NCBI GenBank assembly: GCA_017551505.1
Contig: JAFZLL010000038.1
Location: 33,443-73,442 of the forward strand
Length of the DNA stretch: 40,000 nt
Origin: Eubacteriaceae bacterium
Lineage (GTDB): Bacteria > Bacillota > Clostridia > Eubacteriales > Anaerofustaceae
Reading direction: 5' to 3'
Numbering within the stretch: the stretch's first letter is position 1; each line of letters begins with the position of its first letter. The position numbers and the translations under genes are program-made. A model generated the notes under the pieces. That model did not search any database. It had not been told where the DNA came from and saw only the letters and a program-made list of their open reading frames with translations. Positions 7,989 to 16,877 of the stretch are shown here, piece by piece.

Positions 7989-9455
7989 ATGGACATGCAA
8001 GAATTAAAGGACGTTTTCACAAAATCGGCAAAGGAATGGGACGCCTCCGCCGTCTTCGCGTACTTCGACGCCGAGGGCACTTCTGTCTTCAAGGCAGGCT
8101 ATGCGGACAGAAAAGGCAAAAGAAAACTGAAGAAGAGCGATACCATCATAATCCCTCTCGAAAACAGGTTCTTTACATCCATCGCTTTGGTCAAACTCAT
8201 GGAGGAGGGCCGCCTGAACCTGAACAGGAGGCTGGCCGAGTATATACCTGAATGCGTCCATGCGGAGAAGATCACCATAAAGGATATCCTTCGCGGGGAA
8301 AGCGGACTGCCTGATTATTTCTACGGAGGCATCATCCTCTCCTTGCAGGATGACGAGGCATTCAAGGCCCTCTCCGATAAAGAGAAAGTCAAAAAAGAGG
8401 CAAAGCTCTCATATAATCACCATGAGCTCAGCGAGGTGCTCGATATAGTCAACAGCAAAGAGCTGAATTTCATACCGGGAAGCATACACGACAGTTCCTG
8501 CCAGACCGAGAGCTTCTTTGCGCGGTATATCGCCGAAAAGCTCACCGGCAAGACCCTGTTCGAATACCTGAACGAGATACTCTTCGCGCCAATCGGGATG
8601 GCGCCGGTTTACGGCAATAAGGCGAGCACGGTGCCGACGCTGTGCCCAAATGACGATAAGCTCGTGCCGACCGATAATAAAGGCGCTAAGTACGAATGCA
8701 TGACCATCGGCATCGATGACGCACTGAAGCTGGCCAAAGCGCTGGTCTCAAAGGATGAAAGGGTGCTGTCAGCCGGGACCTGGGACAAAGCCCTGTCCGC
8801 GTCGTATTCCAAATCGCTGCTTACCCGCAGGTCGAACGGCACGCACGAGGTGTACATAGGGGTCTCCGGTTATTCCCTGGATATCCTATTCGAACCTGAG
8901 ATCTCGACCGGATGGATCATCATGACACCGGAAGAGCCTATATACAAGGAGATCTCCAGCAGATGGATGTGTTATTTCACTTCCGTGCAGGATTACATCT
9001 ATTCCTCGATCACGTACCCGGTCTCGCCCGTGCTATCGCGGATCAACTCCGAGACCGTGTTCGATGCGATGGACATAACGATAAACGAAGATCAGACCTA
9101 TTTCGTCGAAAGTGCAAGAGACTCGATCGCGTGGACCGCGGCGGACCCGGTCCGCCTGAAGCCCATGGTGCTTACCGAACACGGCCGCGCTGTCGCGCTG
9201 GCGGTGCTCAAGGTCGACAGGCAGAAGAAGTATTACGCTGTCGAGATAATACAGGTCGATAAGCTCTACCAGCACAGGGGCTACGGTAAGATACTCATGC
9301 AGGAAGTATTGAAATACCTGAAAGCCCAGGGTGCTGAGAAACTGACGATCGGCGTGGCCCGCAATAATGAAGTCGCCATAAAGCTGTACAAGAGCGTCGG
9401 CTTCAGTGAAAAGGAGGTCTACCGCGGAGGCTACAATCTCGAGATGGTCCTGTAA
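7989..9455 (+). CDS. Fusion protein: N-terminal beta-lactamase/PBP-fold (serine hydrolase family) domain plus C-terminal GNAT N-acetyltransferase domain (488 aa)
   Basis: The N-terminus aligns by eye to the class-C beta-lactamase family pattern (...GYADRKGKRKLKKSDTIIIPLENRFFTSIALVKLMEEGRLNLNRRLAEYIPE). The C-terminus has GNAT motif A (IIQVDKLYQHRGYGKILMQEVLKYLKAQGAEKLTIGVARNNEVAIKLYKSVGF). Confidence 0.75.
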   Translation: MDMQELKDVFTKSAKEWDASAVFAYFDAEGTSVFKAGYADRKGKRKLKKSDTIIIPLENRFFTSIALVKLMEEGRLNLNRRLAEYIPECVHAEKITIKDILRGESGLPDYFYGGIILSLQDDEAFKALSDKEKVKKEAKLSYNHHELSEVLDIVNSKELNFIPGSIHDSSCQTESFFARYIAEKLTGKTLFEYLNEILFAPIGMAPVYGNKASTVPTLCPNDDKLVPTDNKGAKYECMTIGIDDALKLAKALVSKDERVLSAGTWDKALSASYSKSLLTRRSNGTHEVYIGVSGYSLDILFEPEISTGWIIMTPEEPIYKEISSRWMCYFTSVQDYIYSSITYPVSPVLSRINSETVFDAMDITINEDQTYFVESARDSIAWTAADPVRLKPMVLTEHGRAVALAVLKVDRQKKYYAVEIIQVDKLYQHRGYGKILMQEVLKYLKAQGAEKLTIGVARNNEVAIKLYKSVGFSEKEVYRGGYNLEMVL

Positions 9456-9492
9456 CCGCCGAAAGCCCTTGATCCTCCTTCTACAGGTTTAA

Positions 9493-10608
9493 TTAATCCG
9501 CAGTCTTTTTCTCGAATTCCGCCGCAACGGTCCTCAGCAGCTCTCTGATCGGGAGATGCTGAGGGCACGTTTCCTCGCACTTGCCGCATTCGATGCACTC
9601 AGAGGCTCTCCCAAAGCCCTGGGTGCTCACTTCATAATAGAAATCGCTGTTCCAGTCGTTATAGCGTCTTTTACAATTCATGCAGCTGAAAAGATCCGGT
9701 ATCCTTATACTCATAGGGCAGCCTTTGACGCAGTAGCGGCAGGCTGTGCAGGGTATCGCGTCATCGTCCTTGAGCAGTTCGTTCACCTTTCCGATCGCAT
9801 CGAGCTCCTCTGCAGACAGCGGGACGAAATCCTTCATATAGCTGAGGTTGTCCTTCATCTGAGAAATATCGCTCATGCCTGAAAGCACCACCAGGACACG
9901 GTCATAGCCTGCAGCAAACCGGATAGCGTAGGAAGCCTGGCTGCCTCCCCCGAGGCTGTCGAGCACCTCGGCCGCCTTCTCAGGAAGGCTGGCAAGCACC
10001 CCTCCTTTGACAGGCTCCATGACCAGGACCTTTTTGCCGAATTCGCTGCAGACCCGGTAAACATCCCCGCTCTCCACGCTGGGAGAATCGTAATCGGCAT
10101 AATTGAACTGTATCTGCACTACTTCTATCTCAGGATGGGCGGTGAGCACATCCCTGAGCATATCGGCCTTGTCATGGAATGAAATGCCTATATGCCTGGC
10201 TCTTCCGTCTGCCTTTATCTCTCCGAGGAAATCGAAAGCCCCGCAGGAAATGAACTTTCCGTAGTTGTTTTTTGTAATGGAATGCAGCAGGTAATAATCG
10301 AAATAATCCACACCGCATTCTTTCAGCTGGTTTTCAAAAAAGGGCATTATGTCCTCCCTTTTGCTGAAATAATCGTCGGTGAGCTTGTCTGCCAGGACAT
10401 AGGCGCTCCTGGGATATCTTTCGGTGAGACATGTCTTCAGTGCTGCCTCGCATTTTTCCCCCATATAGCCGTGCGCTGTATCGAAATAAGTAAATCCTTC
10501 CGATAAAAACATATCAACCATCGCTTTTGCCTGCTTGATATCTATATCGCCTTCGCCCCCTCCAGGTATCAAGGGAAGGCGCATAAATCCGAAACCAAGT
10601 TTTTTCAT
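9493..10608 (-). CDS. Aldo/keto reductase with C-terminal 4Fe-4S dicluster module (371 aa)
   Basis: ORF 9493..10791. Preferred start is ATG 10608 (MKKLGFGFMRLPL), preceded by GAAGG. AKR core (FDTAHGYMGEKCEAALK). Two Cys clusters, CTACRYCVKGCP and CIECGKCEETCP, lie near the C-terminus. Confidence 0.85.
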   Translation of the reverse strand: MKKLGFGFMRLPLIPGGGEGDIDIKQAKAMVDMFLSEGFTYFDTAHGYMGEKCEAALKTCLTERYPRSAYVLADKLTDDYFSKREDIMPFFENQLKECGVDYFDYYLLHSITKNNYGKFISCGAFDFLGEIKADGRARHIGISFHDKADMLRDVLTAHPEIEVVQIQFNYADYDSPSVESGDVYRVCSEFGKKVLVMEPVKGGVLASLPEKAAEVLDSLGGGSQASYAIRFAAGYDRVLVVLSGMSDISQMKDNLSYMKDFVPLSAEELDAIGKVNELLKDDDAIPCTACRYCVKGCPMSIRIPDLFSCMNCKRRYNDWNSDFYYEVSTQGFGRASECIECGKCEETCPQHLPIRELLRTVAAEFEKKTAD

Positions 10609-10954
10609 CCTTCTGCTTCCTTGTATCATTATTGTTTTATATGTTTTATAGATCGAATTACGGATAAGCCGGGGTGTGCAGCGTCTTTCCGGTTCTGCGG
10701 ACATAAGATAACCCGCAGCTAAATACGGTACACCTGTCCAAAGCCTCCTGACGATGAGCATTATACCATGAAGCAAAGTCTCTGTCGTCACGATATTTCA
10801 CTGTAAAATGCACGTCGCAGTGATCGCCGCAGACCGGTTGCAGGCGGGCGTCTTGTCAGTGCGGGCTTATCCGCAGGAAATACAGCGATCATATAAGAAT
10901 ATATATTTACATCTGCGTGATTTATGATAAAGTATAAATCAAGTACTGTCCGAG

Positions 10955-11132
10955 TCCTGCTGCGTTCCTGCAACGCAGCGGGTTAAAAGTGAACCGGGTG
11001 AGAATCCCGGACGATCAGGTCACTGTGTGGGGGAATGCCCCGAGTCAGGTCTCTGCCCGGATGGAACGATGAGTATCTTCCATCGAAAGTATCTCATCTG
11101 AGACATAGGGCATTGGCCCTTTCAGACGCTGT
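10955..11132 (+). promoter_or_regulatory. Cobalamin (B12) riboswitch aptamer and linker
   Basis: GGTTAAAAGTGAACCGGGTGAGAATCCCGG...GGTCACTGT...GAGTCAGGTCTCTGCC resembles the cobalamin riboswitch core (AAxxGAA, GGTGAxAATCC, ACTGT) and the B12 box (AGYCAGG..C.TGCC). It lies directly upstream of a BtuFCD-like operon. Assigned by eye; no covariance-model score. Confidence 0.75.
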
Positions 11133-11162
11133 GCTTTCCGGAAGACGGAAAGCTTTTTTATT
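11133..11162 (+). terminator. Rho-independent terminator (riboswitch expression platform)
   Basis: Perfect 8-bp stem gctttccg (11133-11140) / cggaaagc (11146-11153) with a 5-nt loop, followed by TTTTTTATT, 36 nt before the SBP start. Confidence 0.8.
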
Positions 11163-11197
11163 GGAAGACTCGACAAAATGAGCTAAAAGGAGGATAA

Positions 11198-12181
11198 ATG
11201 ATGAAGCTCAAAAAACTTATCGCGGCACTTGCGGTGCTTATGCTGACCCTCACGATGTTCGCCGGATGCGGCGAATCGGGAGGAGGAGGAAAGGATGATG
11301 AGTACGGGACCGTCGTCATCCAGAACGGCGACAGGACAGTCACCTTTACCAAAATGCCTACAGGTGTACTTTGCGCAAACCTCTACTCTGCCGAAAATAT
11401 GGTGATGATGGGGCTTGGACAATATATCGTAGGCAAGAATGTACACACCAATCCCGCTGATGTTCCCCTGCCGGAACTGGAGGAGTACTTCAAGGACATC
11501 CCGGAGATCGAACGTTCCAATGAAAATGCAGTCGCCAGCGGATGCGACCTTCTGATCGGACAGGTCAGCGCGTTCAAGGATACATCCTGGGGCACATATG
11601 AACAGCTGGAAGCGGAAGGCATCCAGTGCCTTACCATCACCGGCACTATCGTTCCGGATGAGACCGTGGAGGATATATACACCGACATAAGGAACCTGGG
11701 AAAGATATTCAAATGCGAGGATAAGGCGGAAGAGCTGATCGCCCAGATGAAGGCCGAGATCGCCGCTACCTAGGAGATCGTTAAGGATGTCAAAGAAGAG
11801 GACAAGCCCAAAGTATTCGTATTCGACATGTTCAAGGAGGACACCATCTACACCACGGCAGCCGGTCTGGAAAGCAACCTTATCGAATTGGCCGGGGGCA
11901 TCAATACCACAAGAAAGATGGAGGATTCCCGCTGGTTCTACTGCTCTGTAGAGACCCTGGTGGCGGCAAATCCCGATATCATCATAATCAACGATTACGG
12001 CAGCCAGAGCGTTGAGGAAAAGATCAATTACATCAAGAGCAACGAGGCATGCAACATGATCCCCGCTGTGGTCAACGACCGTTTCCTCGTGATCCCTCTG
12101 GTGGCTGTGATGCAGGACATCCGCGCCCCGAGGGCATGCCGTACAATGGCTGAATACTTCTATCCGGAGCTGTTCAAGTAA
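11198..12181 (+). pseudogene. btuF: BtuF/FecB-type (cluster A, PBP type 2) ABC substrate-binding lipoprotein interrupted by an in-frame TAG at 11771-11773
   Basis: ORFs 11198..11773 and 11828..12181 share one reading frame ((11828-11198) is divisible by 3). The gap translates without further stops (AAT*EIVKDVKEEDKPKVFVFDMFKED...). The N-terminus has a lipoprotein signal (LTLTMFAGC|GES). The two halves correspond to the two lobes of a single ~327-aa binding protein. Confidence 0.8.
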
Positions 12182-12196
12182 GGGGCAGCCCCAAAA

Positions 12197-13258
12197 ATGA
12201 ACAACAGAACCTGGCATTTGTTCCTGTTTGTGATTCTGACGGCGCTGGTGCTGTTCTCGCTGGTCTACACGGTGAGCATCGGCGCCACGGATCTGCCGTT
12301 CGAAGAAGTATACGACGTGCTCATTGACCATGTTTTTCATTCCGATGCCAAGCTGAACTCCGGACAGTTCGAGATGAGCCACTTCAAGATAATATGGCAG
12401 ATCCGCCTGCCCCGTACACTGTTCGCGCTCCTCGTTGGGGCGGGACTGTCTCTGTGCGGTGCAGCGATGCAGGCGCTGGTGCTCAATCCGATCGCGGACC
12501 CTTATGTGCTGGGCGTATCATCCGGAGCTTCCGCAGGTGCTGCCATAGCCCTGCTGGCTCCGATCGCGTTCCTGGAAGGACAGCATCAGACCACGGCGTT
12601 TGCCTTCATCGGCGCGATGATATCAGCTTTTGCCGTATATTTCCTGGCGAAACGCGCCGGAGGAGGAAAACTGCAGCCCGTGACTCTGCTGCTCTCCGGC
12701 ACGGCGGTAAATGCGGTAATGAGCGCGATCACCAGCTATCTCGTGTTCAAGGCCAGAAGCCCTGAAGGGATAGCTGCTGTATACAACTGGCAGATGGGAG
12801 CGATCTCGGCAGCGCAATGGAGGACATTATCAATCCCTGCTGTGATCGTGACCCTCGGGCTGGTGGTGTTCACGATAATGGGCAGCCGCTTCAACATGAT
12901 AATGATGGGGGACGATGACGCTATGGCCATGGGCCTGAGAGTCAAGCTTTTCCGTTCCGTCATGTTCGCGGTGTGCTCCATAGTAGTAGGCTCGCTGGTA
13001 TCAATCACGGGCATCATCGGGTTCGTGGGACTGGTAGTCCCCCATGTGGTTAGGCTCTTTTCCCGCACCAGCGACAACAAAGTCGTCATGCCCATGAGCG
13101 CCCTGTTCGGAGCAAGTTACATCATGTGGGCAGATGCCTTCGCAAGAAGCGCTCACGGCGCGGCTGAACTTCCCCTCGGGATAGTCACCTCCTTTATCGG
13201 CGCACCCTTCTTCATGTTCCTCATGATCAGGAACGGATACGGAGGCAGCAAGACATGA
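12197..13258 (+). CDS. btuC: FecCD/BtuC-family ABC transporter permease (353 aa)
   Basis: ORF track. ~9-10 hydrophobic spans and typical FecCD motifs (WQIRLPRTLFALLVGAGLSLCGAAMQALVLNPIADPYVLGVSSGAS; GIIGFVGLVVPHVVR). Confidence 0.88.
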   Translation: MNNRTWHLFLFVILTALVLFSLVYTVSIGATDLPFEEVYDVLIDHVFHSDAKLNSGQFEMSHFKIIWQIRLPRTLFALLVGAGLSLCGAAMQALVLNPIADPYVLGVSSGASAGAAIALLAPIAFLEGQHQTTAFAFIGAMISAFAVYFLAKRAGGGKLQPVTLLLSGTAVNAVMSAITSYLVFKARSPEGIAAVYNWQMGAISAAQWRTLSIPAVIVTLGLVVFTIMGSRFNMIMMGDDDAMAMGLRVKLFRSVMFAVCSIVVGSLVSITGIIGFVGLVVPHVVRLFSRTSDNKVVMPMSALFGASYIMWADAFARSAHGAAELPLGIVTSFIGAPFFMFLMIRNGYGGSKT

Positions 13259-14034
13259 AGCTTTCATTTGAAGGAGTCGAGGTAAAGCTCGGAGGCAGGG
13301 AAATCCTTACGGGGACTACCATGGAGAGCCATGAAGGAAAGCTGGTGGGAATAGTCGGTGCAAACGGCAGCGGCAAATCCACCCTTATCAAAACGGTCTT
13401 CGGGATAGTCCACTATCACAAAGGGAAGATCCTGCTGGACGGGAAGGACATACGCAGTTTCTCTCCGAAGGAGCTGGCTTCCAGGATCGGCTATGTCGGT
13501 CAGGACCAGTCTGTAGCCTTCGACTTTTCCGTAAGGGATGTCGTGGGCATGGGGCTGTTCGCAAGAAAGAATGTCAAAAACGGCAAGGCACTGGTAAACG
13601 AGGCTCTGGAGAGCCTTGGCATCGAGCGCTTTGCAGACAGGAACATCCAAAAGCTTTCCGGCGGGGAAAGGAAGATGGCATTCATTGCCAGAGCGCTGGT
13701 ACAGGGCACGGAGATGTTCATACTGGATGAACCGACGAATCACCTGGATATACATCATCAGCTCTTTGTGATGGATTACCTGAAGAATTCAGGAAAAACA
13801 ACACTGATAGTCATCCATGACCTTAGGCTCGCTGCCCACTACTGCGACTATCTGTATATGCTCGCAGACGGAAAGGTCTATGCGGAGGGAGCGCCTATCG
13901 ATGTGCTAACGCAGGAAAAAGTCGAGCATGTCTTCCGTATAGGAGGCTACGCCGGAAAAACAGAGAAAGGTGTGCTTGACTTCTATATATTCGAAGACGA
14001 ATCAGAAGGGGATATCCATAAGCATACCAACTAG
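13255..14034 (+). CDS. btuD: BtuD/FepC-type ABC transporter ATP-binding protein (259 aa)
   Basis: Walker A GANGSGKST, signature LSGGERKM, Walker B FILDEPTNHLD. ATGA start/stop overlap with the permease gene. It ends with TAG at 14032-14034. Confidence 0.9.
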   Translation: MKLSFEGVEVKLGGREILTGTTMESHEGKLVGIVGANGSGKSTLIKTVFGIVHYHKGKILLDGKDIRSFSPKELASRIGYVGQDQSVAFDFSVRDVVGMGLFARKNVKNGKALVNEALESLGIERFADRNIQKLSGGERKMAFIARALVQGTEMFILDEPTNHLDIHHQLFVMDYLKNSGKTTLIVIHDLRLAAHYCDYLYMLADGKVYAEGAPIDVLTQEKVEHVFRIGGYAGKTEKGVLDFYIFEDESEGDIHKHTN

Positions 14035-14045
14035 AATAACTGATC

Positions 14046-14076
14046 GCGGGACCGCCCCGGAGGTCCCGCTTTTTTT
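14046..14076 (+). terminator. Rho-independent terminator of the btu-like operon
   Basis: Stem gcgggacc (14046-14053) / ggtcccgc (14062-14069) followed by TTTTTTT. Confidence 0.85.
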
Positions 14077-14254
14077 ATGCATGGGCCAAGACGAGCATAT
14101 GAGAACGGTCATCGATGAGCCAGCATGTTGTGACTGCGTATACTTTTCAGTCAAATACATGAGGTCAGCTGCCCTGCCGGCGGCAAACAGTTTTTGCCTA
14201 CGCGGGATAATAGTGTATAATACCGGTGGTATACGTTCTCAGGGAGGAAACAAA

Positions 14255-16369
14255 ATGAATTATCCCATTTCGACTGTGCTCGTGGCCTCCGCGGTGTTCC
14301 TGGCCATGCTGACCACCCTGGCTTTCAAGCCCAAGATAGTGCGCCGCGTGACAGGAACAGCCACCGCTCTGTCAGGGATTTTCGGACTGGTGATCTACGG
14401 TCTGGGCTTCGGTGCAAATGCCGCCACGCCGGAGGAGATGCTTATAGCCGCGTTCAAAACGATAAGCTACACCGTGAGCATGTACGGCGGCAAGGAGGAC
14501 TTCAGCGCATTGATGAACGCCGCATCATGGTTCAGGGAGAGTCCGGCGCTGCAGACTGTCTACTGGGCTGTGCACCTCATCGCCATGTATGCAACAGCAT
14601 CCGCCCTGATATCATCTCTCGGCAAAAAGCTCGTCAGGGAGATACGCCAGGCTGTCCTGCCTTTTAAGAAAGTATGCCTGATCTACGGCGACACGGCAAA
14701 GACACTGAAATACGCAGAGAAGATCTCACGCGATGAGAGCATCCAACTGGTATTCACAGATTCCGAAGGGAAGACCCCAGTGGAGAACGATCTGCGCGAA
14801 AACACTGTCATACTCCCCTCCTCCGATATCACGGCTGACGGCAAATGGCTGAAGAAGATGAGGATAGGCAAAGGAAAACGCAGTATTAATATCATAAGCC
14901 TGTGCGACAAGGATACGGCAACGCTTAAATTCGTCAAAGATGTCCTGGAAGCCTTTAAAGCACAGAATATCGGAGCGAAGCATCTGAAGATGTCAGCGCT
15001 ATGCGAATCGCCTTTCAATTTCGCATTCGTCTCGCAGCAGAAAGACGGACATGGGCATTATTACCAGGCAGATTTCTTTACCTTAGCAGACCTTGCCGCC
15101 GGAAAGCTGATGACAATGGCGCCGCCATACAGGACGATGAGCTTCGATAAGGCAACATGCTCCGCAGACGGGGATTTCAGGGCGCTCATCATCGGATTCG
15201 GGGAGACAGGGCAGACGGTCCTTAGATATCTGGTCAGGAATTCCCAGTTCCTGGGCAGCAGTTTTTCCGCACTTGTCATCGACAAGGAGAACGGCACCGC
15301 CGGAGGGATGTTCAAGACCCTGTACAGGCAGATGATAGATACATACCATATCACCTTTGAGGATATGGACGCAAACTCCTCGGAATTTTCAGAGATGCTG
15401 GAAGAAGAAGCCCATAACCTGAAATACATCGTCGTATGCACTGGCAGCGATGAAACGAACGGGGAACTGATCAGGCAGATCAGGTCATTCAAGAGAGTGC
15501 ATCCGGAAAAAATAGGCGACAACGCAGTGATGGCCGCGCTGACGAAGGAAAAAGTGACGGTGTACACCGACAGCATACACACTACAGGCGAGACATCGAA
15601 GCCTGCCGTCGACATGGAAGAGATCATCAGCGGCAGCAACGACCTGGCCGCCAGGGCTTACAGCGACTCGGCATACCGGAGCATGGCGGAAAAGGACGGC
15701 AAGGCTGACAGTGCCGGGATCGATGTCGAAACGGAAGAAAGAGATTACTGGTACAGAAAGGATCCCGTGGACAGGGAAAGCACCCGCGCTTCGGCAGGAT
15801 TCCTTCCCGCACTTTTCGCTTCTGCGGGGCTCGCACCGGACTCATATAAAGGGAAAGAAGGACGGGACCGGCTGTTGGACGAGCTGAACAGCGACAGGGC
15901 ACGGCTGGAAAGGCTGGCTTCACTGGAGCATCTGAGATGGAACGCCTTCGAGTATTCGATGGGTGTCACGCCCTTGGGCGAACAGGAGTATCTGGAGGGG
16001 ATAAAGGAAGCCGACGGACTTGCTGACGAGGCGATAGCTCTTTATGAACAGGCCGCCTCCGGAGCGGAGACGGCGGCAGAAGCCAACCGGGCGTTTGACC
16101 GTGCAAAGGAAAGGTTCGCGACCGTGCGCAAAAACATCCCCTCGTACGGCGTAGGGGGAAAGCACGTGTGCATCACATCCTTTGATGAGCTCGCCCGGCT
16201 CTGGGAGGAATACAGGCCACTGGCCGAAAAGTACAACCGTCTAATCGGGATGTACAACGAGGCCAACTCCGGTAAAAAACCCCCGCAGGCGGAAACGTCG
16301 CTTACGGATTTCATCCAGCAGGATGTAAAAAACGTCTATCATATGGCCGACCTGATCGGTAAAGCGTAA
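14255..16369 (+). CDS. Membrane protein with an N-terminal multi-TM region, two Rossmann/TrkA-N-like modules and a RyR-like C-terminal helical module (704 aa); function unknown
   Basis: ORF 13970..16369. Preferred start is ATG 14255 (MNYPISTVLVASAVFLAMLTT) after AGGGAGGAAAC. The longer ORF would overlap the upstream ATPase gene and its terminator. GxGxxG motif ALIIGFGETGQTVLRYLV. C-terminal LEHLRWNAFEYSMG...KHVCITSFDEL. Confidence 0.7.
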   Translation: MNYPISTVLVASAVFLAMLTTLAFKPKIVRRVTGTATALSGIFGLVIYGLGFGANAATPEEMLIAAFKTISYTVSMYGGKEDFSALMNAASWFRESPALQTVYWAVHLIAMYATASALISSLGKKLVREIRQAVLPFKKVCLIYGDTAKTLKYAEKISRDESIQLVFTDSEGKTPVENDLRENTVILPSSDITADGKWLKKMRIGKGKRSINIISLCDKDTATLKFVKDVLEAFKAQNIGAKHLKMSALCESPFNFAFVSQQKDGHGHYYQADFFTLADLAAGKLMTMAPPYRTMSFDKATCSADGDFRALIIGFGETGQTVLRYLVRNSQFLGSSFSALVIDKENGTAGGMFKTLYRQMIDTYHITFEDMDANSSEFSEMLEEEAHNLKYIVVCTGSDETNGELIRQIRSFKRVHPEKIGDNAVMAALTKEKVTVYTDSIHTTGETSKPAVDMEEIISGSNDLAARAYSDSAYRSMAEKDGKADSAGIDVETEERDYWYRKDPVDRESTRASAGFLPALFASAGLAPDSYKGKEGRDRLLDELNSDRARLERLASLEHLRWNAFEYSMGVTPLGEQEYLEGIKEADGLADEAIALYEQAASGAETAAEANRAFDRAKERFATVRKNIPSYGVGGKHVCITSFDELARLWEEYRPLAEKYNRLIGMYNEANSGKKPPQAETSLTDFIQQDVKNVYHMADLIGKA

Positions 16370-16371
16370 AG

Positions 16372-16414
16372 AAGAGTGCTGCGGGACATGCGGTCCTGCG
16401 GCACTCTTCTTTTC
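16372..16414 (+). terminator. Rho-independent terminator
   Basis: 16-bp stem (two G-U pairs), aagagtgctgcgggac / gtcctgcggcactctt, with a 5-nt loop, followed by CTTTTC. Confidence 0.7.
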
Positions 16415-16453
16415 ATTTGCTCATCCAATAACAGATTTCTAAAATGACGGGGA

Positions 16454-16876
16454 TCAGAACCTGTCGAAAGCGTTCGTGATTATCCTCTGTGAACAGGCCT
16501 TCACGCAGAGCATGCATTCCAGGCATTTCTCCGCAGAAAACTGAACTTTCCCGTACGGTTCAAGAGAAAGCGCACCGGTCTCGCACGCCGCGACGCACAA
16601 GCCGCAGCCGATGCATCTGTCGAAGTCTATCAGCGTGGATGTGCCGTTCTTTTCTACCTTTATGCCGTTCCTCTTCAGGTATGCGATACCTTCATTGACC
16701 TTTCTGGGCTCTCCCTCGACCTCGATAAGGAGCCTGCCTTCGATGTTATAGTTTATCGATGCTTTCAGGATATTTATCTTAAGGTCGTATTCCTTCACCA
16801 GCACCCAGGTCACAGGCTCCCCGGTGAGCTCTTTCGGGAACATAAGCAGGAGTTTTGTTTTCTTTGCCGCGGCCAT
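16454..16876 (-). CDS. NIL-domain / 4Fe-4S ferredoxin protein (partner of the COG1900 homocysteine biosynthesis protein)
   Basis: N-terminal NIL-like domain (LLLMFPKELTGEPVTWVLVKEYDLKINILKASINYNIEGRLLIEVEG) plus two Cys clusters, CIGCGLCVAAC and CLECMLCVKAC. The start is 1 nt after the upstream gene's stop. Confidence 0.8.
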   Translation of the reverse strand: MAAAKKTKLLLMFPKELTGEPVTWVLVKEYDLKINILKASINYNIEGRLLIEVEGEPRKVNEGIAYLKRNGIKVEKNGTSTLIDFDRCIGCGLCVAACETGALSLEPYGKVQFSAEKCLECMLCVKACSQRIITNAFDRF

Positions 16877-16877
16877 A

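Noticed and set aside
11771-11773. In-frame TAG as a pyrrolysine or reassigned codon
   Set aside because: TAG is used as an ordinary stop for the ABC ATPase gene at 14032-14034, directly followed by a terminator. No pyl genes are in the window, and this binding-protein family is not known to use Pyl. A nonsense mutation or a base-call error is more parsimonious. This cannot be fully excluded without the whole genome.
11183-12382. 399-aa minus-strand ORF covering the btuF-like gene
   Set aside because: It lies antisense to a riboswitch-controlled lipoprotein gene with a clear signal peptide and family features. Its translation is H/D/G/L-rich with no motif and it has no RBS. The same reasoning applies to 22068..22880 (antisense to the TS-like gene), 3431..4294, 35564..36154, 32626..33135 and 38013..38483.
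13970-14254. N-terminal extension of ORF 13970..16369 (799 aa)
   Set aside because: The extension overlaps the end of the ABC ATPase gene and runs through its rho-independent terminator and a promoter-like TTGCCT-16-TATAAT. ATG 14255 has a strong AGGGAGGA RBS and begins a hydrophobic N-terminus.
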